Virus record (IMG/VR): IMGVR_UViG_3300025000_000053
Coordinates: 1 to 64,000 of that record
Direction: 5' to 3' (one strand)
Length of the DNA stretch: 64,000 nucleotides
The translations under genes and the position numbers were made by a program. Below, piece after piece: positions 51,650-58,977 of the stretch (within the stretch, counting starts at the first letter, position 1; each line of letters begins with the position of its first letter). The notes under the pieces were generated by a model. That model worked only from the letters and a program-made list of their open reading frames with translations, was not told the DNA's origin and did no database searches.

Positions 51650-52756
51650 CGTATTATTCACATAGGTCGTTAGTCTATGCAGTTCTCTTATGAACTTCCT
51701 TATCTTTCAATAAGATACCAGACTATATCATTAACCTAATAATTTCTTATTGGGCTACTTCCTATTTCGATTTAAGGGATTTTCACCCACTCACTTGAGC
51801 CCTACTCCTAATGATCATTTCAGACCCAATGGGATAGTCGTTGAACCTTTTACCTTTTTTCGTATTCTGTCAATAACATTTCTGACGGCGTCATTATTTT
51901 TTAAAAATAATTTTTCTTTGATTTCTTTATTACTAAATCCCATTTTAATTAAAGAAATTATTTCTTCCTTTAATTCAATAGGATATTTTAGAGTAAAGTT
52001 AAAATCTTTTTTGGGTGGGAACTCATATTTTTTTGTTACATGTCTCCAAAATTTTTTATAATATAACTCTGTAATATATGACTGGCTTAAATCATATTTC
52101 AATGAAAGTTCTTTTGTAGTTTTCCCTTTCACTAAATCATTACAGATTGATATGATTAATTTTTTAGGATATTTATTAAAATGACTCCGTTCCCCAATAC
52201 AGGTTAAACCAATATCCCTAGCATGTATAGAATTATCTTTATGAGTTGACCATTCCAAATTATTAGAATAATTATTTTTTACATTACCGTCTTTATGATT
52301 AACTACTGGAAGATTATCGGGATTGGGAATAAACGCTTTTGCGACTAATCTGCTAATTTGTCTTCTATATTGAATACCATTTATATATAAATTAACATAT
52401 TCCCGTTTATTTTTAAATTCATTATTTTTTAATATTCTTCCAGAAACAGAATTTCTAACTCTACCAAGATCGCTAATTAAATATTTAGTTTTAATATTAT
52501 TAATTATAATCGGTCTAAAAAATTCAACATTAACTTTCATATTTTTCACCCTTTCTTTTTATTAGCGTCTAAAGAGTTTAAAAGGAATTTTGGCTGCGGA
52601 TTACTCAATCCTAAAACCTTATTACTATACCTTAGTTAATTAGACTAAGCCATTAATATATCACTATATTAACTTAGTAGTTTTAGGCTCTAAGAGCTTC
52701 CCCGACAATTAAAGAAGTTTTCTATATATGTTACCACATATAGGGTCTAATAATTA
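51650..52756 (-). mobile_element. Group I intron 5 (1107 nt) with HNH endonuclease ORF
   Basis: P1 GGUU|UAA..UUAGACC; conserved core; terminal G 51650; joins RQTV|FLKNR in frame. Confidence 0.93.
51815..52549 (-). CDS. Intron-encoded NUMOD4-HNH homing endonuclease
   Basis: YLISDLGRV, RLVAKAFIPNP, VNHKDG..NN..NLEW; paralogous to 17753-18502. Confidence 0.92.
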   Translation of the reverse strand: MKNMKVNVEFFRPIIINNIKTKYLISDLGRVRNSVSGRILKNNEFKNKREYVNLYINGIQYRRQISRLVAKAFIPNPDNLPVVNHKDGNVKNNYSNNLEWSTHKDNSIHARDIGLTCIGERSHFNKYPKKLIISICNDLVKGKTTKELSLKYDLSQSYITELYYKKFWRHVTKKYEFPPKKDFNFTLKYPIELKEEIISLIKMGFSNKEIKEKLFLKNNDAVRNVIDRIRKKVKGSTTIPLGLK

Positions 52757-54007
52757 AACCGTTTGTCTGAATACTTTTTTATAAGTTGTTGCATTGGTAT
52801 AAGAACGTTGATAAACATTATCAATATCGTTAACCTTCCTTTCAATACCTAATTGAAGTAAAACATCTTTAATATTATACATAACAAATTTCTTATAATT
52901 TCTGTATGGTAAAGTTTTAATATTACCATCTTCAGCATAATCTAATTTTTTATCACTAATCTCTTTTTCTGCAACATAAGTAAGAGCATTGGAACGTAGT
53001 TCTGATCCTCCTTTTCGTAAACTCGCATACACTATCATTTGGTCTAAGAAAACAGTATAAGAAGATATTTTAAAATAGTCTCCTTTATTTGCTACTTTAA
53101 AGTTTCTCATATCCTTTACAAACATTAGTTCTTTTATGTTAAAATCAGGATGACACATTACCTCTTTTGGGTCTAAATCTAACTCTTTCATCCTAGCTAT
53201 CATATACGGTACATCAAATCCGATATTCCATATCATTAGAAAATCTCGTTTAAGAGTATTTATTAATTTAAATGTATCTATTAGTAATTCACTTTCATCC
53301 TCATACATATAAATATTGTAATTTAGTTTCCCATATGATTCATCAAATGTATTATGAAGTTCTTCAATAAAATTATCTATATCTTTTTTAAATTCTTCTA
53401 TTTGAGGATTATTTTCATTTTCTAAAAGAAAAGTAAAACAAGTATTAGTTGTTTCATCTATTAAAGTAATTGCATTGATAGGGCATTCACCATCTTTAGG
53501 GAATCCAACTACTTCTATTGAATCAACCTCAATATCAAGATATGTTTTAGTTATAGGTTTAGGTTTATCATTATGATAATTTAATAACCATTGTATTCTA
53601 TACCAATTTTCAATATTATAATCTGAACCAAATACATATCTATATTTATGTAAATTATTAATAGCATATCTATTTCTGGTTTCTATCTTTTGTTTAATAT
53701 AAGTTAAATATTCTTCACCAGCTTGTTTAGCTATATAAAAAGGTAAGTCTTTATATTTGGCTCGGTGACATTCAGTTTCGTTTAAAGGACTAAATGATTT
53801 ATTATGTTGAAAGTTTTTAAATTCTTCTTTTGTAAAATAAATTTCCATTTCAGGCTCATCTATAGTTAATATATGTTTCTCTCCAGTAGTTAAATCTTTA
53901 TAAATAATGTCAAGACTGTCTTTATACTTTCTTTCCTTATTAGGATAATGATAAATTGTTTCTAAAAACATTATGTTATTACTTTTTATTTTTCCGAGAA
54001 AATTCAT
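52757..54007 (-). CDS. polB: Family B DNA polymerase N-terminal subunit, exon 1 (3'-5' exonuclease); spliced product 601 aa
   Basis: ExoI YLDIEV, ExoII WNIGFDVPY, ExoIII YNIKDV; late motif 54040-54051 (-). Confidence 0.88.
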
Positions 54008-54137
54008 TCAATTCACCACCAATTCAAATATTTTTTATTTAAAAATTTGTTACTAAAATAATTGAAAGCTATCATTTTGGTACTGGCTATATTATATGAA
54101 TTAATTAACAAAACACAATAATAAGGGGGTTGATATT

Positions 54138-55244
54138 ATGAATAAAAAATTATTTACTGTAGATATTAAAATACCTTTAAAAGATAATGAATTATTAGAA
54201 GGAATTCGTTCTTTAACTACACCAATATATCAAAAGAATGAAAAAAATAATTCATTTACTTTATCTTCAATAAGTAATAATAAAAAAAAAGAAAAGAAAA
54301 AAAAGAATAAATTTGATAATATAGAATTAATGGCTGGTGGTGAAATAAAAAATATAGCAGATGACAATATTGAAAGAAATGAAGATACAAATCTAATAGA
54401 CATAGATGAATTACTTAGGGATGAGGATGATGATATAGGGAATTTGATTATTAATGAGCAAGGAAAAAATTATAAAAAATTAAAAGAGAAAGAAGATTAT
54501 AAGAAAGAATTTGCTGAAGAGTTAATTCTATTATATAGATTATTAGATGAAACTAATGTATTTGGTAAAGAACTAGAAAAAAAATATAAAAGTTTAGATG
54601 GGACTAAAGTTAGAGGTATTAATAAATTTGTTTTTGATTTAGGTTTATTAGTATTAAATTCTAAGCAAAGTAAATTAAATATACTAAAAGAAATTTCATC
54701 AGTGAAAAAATCTATTATTGATTTGAAGATTAAGGCTGATGGTAAAAAAGATGCTGCTTTAAATACAATGACATCAGAACATTTAGCTTCTTCATATCTT
54801 AAAGCTGTTGTTAATCATGGTCGTTCTGATTTCATAAAAGAAATGAATAATAAAGATACTTATAGTGGAATAATAGAATCAATAAATTCAGATTCAGATG
54901 ATAATAATATTGAAGGTTATAATGAAAAAGAATTTAGCAATTATAATGAGTACATTGCTTCAAGATTAGAAAAGGAAAATAATCCTTTTAGAAGTAGTGA
55001 TGGTAGTAAATATATTGAGTATGAGAATTTAGAAGTAAAGCTTCATATAAAAAAATGTGTTGATACTGGTGAATGGGAATTTGTTGCATTAGATAAAGAT
55101 AAACAACAAATATTTGATTATCCGGTACCAACTAAAAGAGATGTTGGTAAAATGAAATTTAGTCCTGATGGAACATATGCAACAGATTCAAGAGGAAGAA
55201 GTTATAGAGTAACAGAATATTTTTCTAGTATGAGTGATGAATAA
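54138..55244 (+). CDS. Hypothetical late protein
   Basis: Late motif 54112-54123; terminator 55247-55285. Confidence 0.75.
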   Translation: MNKKLFTVDIKIPLKDNELLEGIRSLTTPIYQKNEKNNSFTLSSISNNKKKEKKKKNKFDNIELMAGGEIKNIADDNIERNEDTNLIDIDELLRDEDDDIGNLIINEQGKNYKKLKEKEDYKKEFAEELILLYRLLDETNVFGKELEKKYKSLDGTKVRGINKFVFDLGLLVLNSKQSKLNILKEISSVKKSIIDLKIKADGKKDAALNTMTSEHLASSYLKAVVNHGRSDFIKEMNNKDTYSGIIESINSDSDDNNIEGYNEKEFSNYNEYIASRLEKENNPFRSSDGSKYIEYENLEVKLHIKKCVDTGEWEFVALDKDKQQIFDYPVPTKRDVGKMKFSPDGTYATDSRGRSYRVTEYFSSMSDE

Positions 55245-55289
55245 AAAAATAATAGATATGGGAATTCCCATATCTATTATTTTTATTAA

Positions 55290-55453
55290 TTAATAACAAG
55301 TTGATACTATTTTTAGAGCCTTTTCTAACCCTTTAATCATTCCCTGTAATTCTAAATCTTCAGGGTTCTCTTTTAGTTTAATATCTAATTCTTTTTTTCA
55401 TCTGTAATCTTTTCAATTACATTATCATATGCGATATCGGCAAACATTGACAA
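55290..55453 (-). pseudogene. Small gene broken by a -1 frameshift at A_AAA_AAG (programmed frameshift, pseudogene or indel error)
   Basis: GGAGGTG RBS; MFADIAYDNVIEKITDEKK then -1 frame ELDIKLKENPEDLELQGMIKGLEKALKIVSTCY*. Confidence 0.5.
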
Positions 55454-55465
55454 AAATACCACCTC

Positions 55466-56320
55466 CTATTTTTTAATAATTTCTTTCATTGTACATTCTA
55501 AACAAAGAATACCCAAACCTAATATATTAAACACAGGGATTGTTCTTTTATCACATTTTACACAATTATCAACCCCCATATATTGATGAAGTAACATACT
55601 TTTATCATAAAATAAAATAGGGAATAAATTAATTTTAGCTTCAGATAAAAATTTTTTAATACAATCTTCACAAAGAATATATTCTTGATTAGTATTATCT
55701 CGTATATGGTAAAATGATTCGGATATGCAATTACATTTAATTGCTCCCTTTTTAACAGGTTTATCTTCAATAAAAGCTTCCAATAATTGTTCAGAGTTTT
55801 TCTTTACATATTCTCTAATATTAGTATTATTCATATTATTAAAAAACTTTACATGAAGGCTTTCATTTGTTCTAAACGGAAGGTATGCTGATTTAATTTC
55901 ATGATTATCATCTTCCTCATTTTTAATATAAAATTCTTCTATTCTCCATTTAAATATAGCAAGAATAACTTGTATCCATGAAAGCAATCCTGTATTTCTA
56001 AAATCATACCATTTAGTTAACTCATAGGTTTCTGAACCAATTTGTATATCAAAATCTAACTTCTCAGGAATATTTAGATATTCTTGATTTAAGAATTTAG
56101 TAACTTTTTCATAACCTCTAGTGTTACTTTCTTCACTAAATCCCCTATACTTAACTCTTTGTGGATATACTTTTGTTATTTCTTTGTCATCATTAATATT
56201 ATCAACAATAGCCCAACCAAATACATGAAGATTCATATTCACATACCATAACATACCACTATCTCTAAATTCCTGCCACGCATCTTGAACTAACTTATCC
56301 ATTATTTTAAAACCTCCCAT
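55466..56320 (-). CDS. Hypothetical protein with two family B repeats and C-terminal Cys motifs
   Basis: WQEFRDSGML..FGW and WYDFRNTGLL..FKW; CxxC motifs. Confidence 0.75.
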   Translation of the reverse strand: MGGFKIMDKLVQDAWQEFRDSGMLWYVNMNLHVFGWAIVDNINDDKEITKVYPQRVKYRGFSEESNTRGYEKVTKFLNQEYLNIPEKLDFDIQIGSETYELTKWYDFRNTGLLSWIQVILAIFKWRIEEFYIKNEEDDNHEIKSAYLPFRTNESLHVKFFNNMNNTNIREYVKKNSEQLLEAFIEDKPVKKGAIKCNCISESFYHIRDNTNQEYILCEDCIKKFLSEAKINLFPILFYDKSMLLHQYMGVDNCVKCDKRTIPVFNILGLGILCLECTMKEIIKK

Positions 56321-56367
56321 TTTTCTTTTGTATTAAAATTTATATTAATCGTATTATCAATATTAAT

Positions 56368-56415
56368 ATTTGGATATTAAACTATCAATTAGGATTGATA
56401 GTTTAATATCCAAAT
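56368..56415. repeat. Perfect 22-bp inverted repeat with 4-nt loop
   Basis: ATTTGGATATTAAACTATCAAT tagg ATTGATAGTTTAATATCCAAAT. Confidence 0.9.
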
Positions 56416-56496
56416 TCAGAACTTTTTATCATTTTAAGTAAAGATCTTTTAATATTATTCACCAATACATTTTTATCTATTTATATGATAAGGAAA

Positions 56497-56709
56497 CTAT
56501 TCACCGAATGCACCAAAAGTTAATATACTAGTAATAATAAAAGAAATTGCAAATAAAAATAAACCTGTAAAAATTTCAATTAATATTTTAAATACAATCA
56601 AATAATCATTATTTATCCATATTTCTTTTAATATAGGTATGGTTAAAAATATATTGAATAATGATATTATGCCAATAAACATAATAAGAAATAATGAATC
56701 TTTTACCAT
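56497..56709 (-). CDS. Small two-helix membrane protein
   Basis: Two hydrophobic segments; AGGAG RBS. Confidence 0.7.
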   Translation of the reverse strand: MVKDSLFLIMFIGIISLFNIFLTIPILKEIWINNDYLIVFKILIEIFTGLFLFAISFIITSILTFGAFGE

Positions 56710-56786
56710 TTTATTATGTCATCTCCTAATGAGAACATTTTATTGTTTTAAGTAAAGTTCTTTTAATATTATCAATTACTACATTT

Positions 56787-57392
56787 TTATCCAATATAAT
56801 CAGTCTTATCTATAATAGTTTTAAAATTTATTGGATAACAATAAAGTTTCATTATTGATTTTATTTTTATTTCTTTAATTTTATTTGTTGTACCTGTTAT
56901 AAAATCATCTTGCAATAAAAAACGGTGTCTATAATCAAATAACTTAATTCTAATTGGTAAAAATAAAATATTATCTTTATTATAATAAATAAGTTCCCAA
57001 CCAAAAGTTTTTAATACTGTATTGATATATTTCAATACTCCTGTATAAATAAACCCATACCAACAATTTTCCTCTTTATTAACATATTTCGAAGTCTTTT
57101 TAGTTAATATGACTTCAATTATATTTTTATTCTTTTTATATTCTAACTCATAGTTAAAAATATTTTTATTTACTATTTGTAACATATTACTTTCTATGAA
57201 GTCATTCCAAAGAATATTAATTGTTAGATTATCATATTTTGTTCTTTCATGCACTTTACATATATATTCCGGTGATTTAAATTCATTAAACATTATTAAC
57301 ATATGATTATACCATAATTCTTTATACTCTTTAAGTAACTTATTTTCACATGTTTCTGTTTTTAATAAAAATTCCATTAATAAACACCCCAA
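56787..57392 (-). CDS. Hypothetical protein with family B repeats
   Basis: WNDFIESNML and WYGFIYTGVL..FGW..LPIR. Confidence 0.7.
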   Translation of the reverse strand: MGCLLMEFLLKTETCENKLLKEYKELWYNHMLIMFNEFKSPEYICKVHERTKYDNLTINILWNDFIESNMLQIVNKNIFNYELEYKKNKNIIEVILTKKTSKYVNKEENCWYGFIYTGVLKYINTVLKTFGWELIYYNKDNILFLPIRIKLFDYRHRFLLQDDFITGTTNKIKEIKIKSIMKLYCYPINFKTIIDKTDYIG

Positions 57393-57400
57393 TATATTAT

Positions 57401-57736
57401 TTATTCTAAAGTTTTTACAAAATCAATTAATTTATTGATATATTCATCTCTTATACAAAGCATTAATTGAACAGTTTCATCATTTTTAAGCCAAATAAAT
57501 CCTTTTTTACCTATTCTTTTAGATAACTCATCATAATATTCTTGACATTTATTAATCGTTTCCATTTGTATATCTTTCATGTCATCTATTTTCTCATCTA
57601 TAATAGGTTCATGAAAATATAAGGTATCATTTTCCTTACAATATCCACATATACAACCCCAAGGTTTTTCTGTTAAATTCATTATTGACAACTTATATTT
57701 TACAGGTAAATCTAAGTTAGGTCCTATTCCCCACAA
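57401..57736 (-). CDS. Hypothetical protein, paralog family C (N-terminus probably frameshifted, start 57816)
   Basis: LTEKPWGCICGYC.EN.TLY.HE shared with 58298-58543. Confidence 0.65.
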   Translation of the reverse strand: MWGIGPNLDLPVKYKLSIMNLTEKPWGCICGYCKENDTLYFHEPIIDEKIDDMKDIQMETINKCQEYYDELSKRIGKKGFIWLKNDETVQLMLCIRDEYINKLIDFVKTLE

Positions 57737-57844
57737 ATATTATCAACATCATGATCATGAAATCTTTCATGAACTAAAACGGTGTTTTCATTTGTTGGAA
57801 CTAGCTCATATTTCATTTAATTCATCCCCTATATTATTCATATT

Positions 57845-58231
57845 TTAATTACCATAATCTATTTTTAAAAGTTTACCATTTTTATATCCCCAATTATTTA
57901 CCCCACAATCATCTAACATAAAATCTTTCATTTTATCATCTTTATATCTTTCTTCTATCATTTCAACAAATGGTAACCAAGAATCATGGGGGTTATATCC
58001 ATCTATAACAACAAAATCGACTTTTTCCATAATTAAAAACAATCCAAATCTATTACAATGATAAACTTTTGCTAAGTCTTTATGACTGCCGGAAAAAATC
58101 TTTTCATTTAAATTATGAATTATTCCCCTTATAAAAAGATTATAATGTTTTATATTGGGTATTTTAATAACAAAATTCTTAAAAATAAAAACTATTCTAG
58201 TGTTTCCTCTTTTATCAATATTAAAAAACAT
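57845..58231 (-). CDS. Minimal protein-kinase-like protein
   Basis: G.TR.V, VIKIP, N.NE, LIMEK, D....NNWG, KIDYG in kinase order. Confidence 0.55.
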   Translation of the reverse strand: MFFNIDKRGNTRIVFIFKNFVIKIPNIKHYNLFIRGIIHNLNEKIFSGSHKDLAKVYHCNRFGLFLIMEKVDFVVIDGYNPHDSWLPFVEMIEERYKDDKMKDFMLDDCGVNNWGYKNGKLLKIDYGN

Positions 58232-58297
58232 TTTTTGCCTCCTTATTTATTAGGACAATCATTTTTTAGTTATAAATATCGGTTTTGTTAAGTTACT

Positions 58298-58543
58298 TTA
58301 TATAATTTTTTTGATAGAGTCGTACATTTCTAATTTCATTCTCGTTATTTCATCCACATTATCATGTTCATGATAATATAATGTGTTATTCTCTTCACAA
58401 TAACCACATATACAACCCCATGGCTTTTCAGTTAATGGTATGGTTAAAGTAATGAATTGTTTCATATCTCCAGGAGAGTTATTACTAATAAATACATTAA
58501 CTTTTACATTATAACTTCCGGGTGGTATCAGAAAATACTTCAT
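58298..58543 (-). CDS. Hypothetical protein, paralog family C
   Basis: LTEKPWGCICGYC; early motif 58579-58588 (-). Confidence 0.7.
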   Translation of the reverse strand: MKYFLIPPGSYNVKVNVFISNNSPGDMKQFITLTIPLTEKPWGCICGYCEENNTLYYHEHDNVDEITRMKLEMYDSIKKII

Positions 58544-58653
58544 AATATTTATTTCTCCTTTTTATTTATTCTTAATTTATAATATATATTTTTATAATAT
58601 TTAAAAATTATATATTTAATCTTGTAAATATTTATCTAAATAAGATAAATAAT

Positions 58654-58956
58654 TTATTTAGAGAAATACCCATTACATTTTTCACACTTATAAATTTTTA
58701 TATTACCATAACTTTTATGTTCTTTTTTTAGTGATGTTATGAATTTATATAATCTTGAACAGTTACACTGATTAAAACTCTTCAATATTTGTAATTCTTT
58801 TTTATACCATGATAAACGTTTTTCTTCTCTTAGTAACATACCAATCCCTGAATCTGTAATATGACACCAAGAGTATTTAGATATTTGGTAATGTGCATTT
58901 AATGATGTTTGAGTTTGCTCAATTTTATTTTCAAATATTTTAATAATTAAATTCAT
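58654..58956 (-). CDS. Hypothetical protein with C-terminal Cys motifs
   Basis: CNC...CEKC. Confidence 0.6.
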   Translation of the reverse strand: MNLIIKIFENKIEQTQTSLNAHYQISKYSWCHITDSGIGMLLREEKRLSWYKKELQILKSFNQCNCSRLYKFITSLKKEHKSYGNIKIYKCEKCNGYFSK

Positions 58957-58977
58957 TTAATAAAACCCTCATCTCCC

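Noticed and set aside
1-52756. Dispersed repeats read as CRISPR, IS elements or group II introns
   Set aside because: No repeat-spacer periodicity, transposase, reverse transcriptase or domain V; they carry group I P/Q/R/S elements
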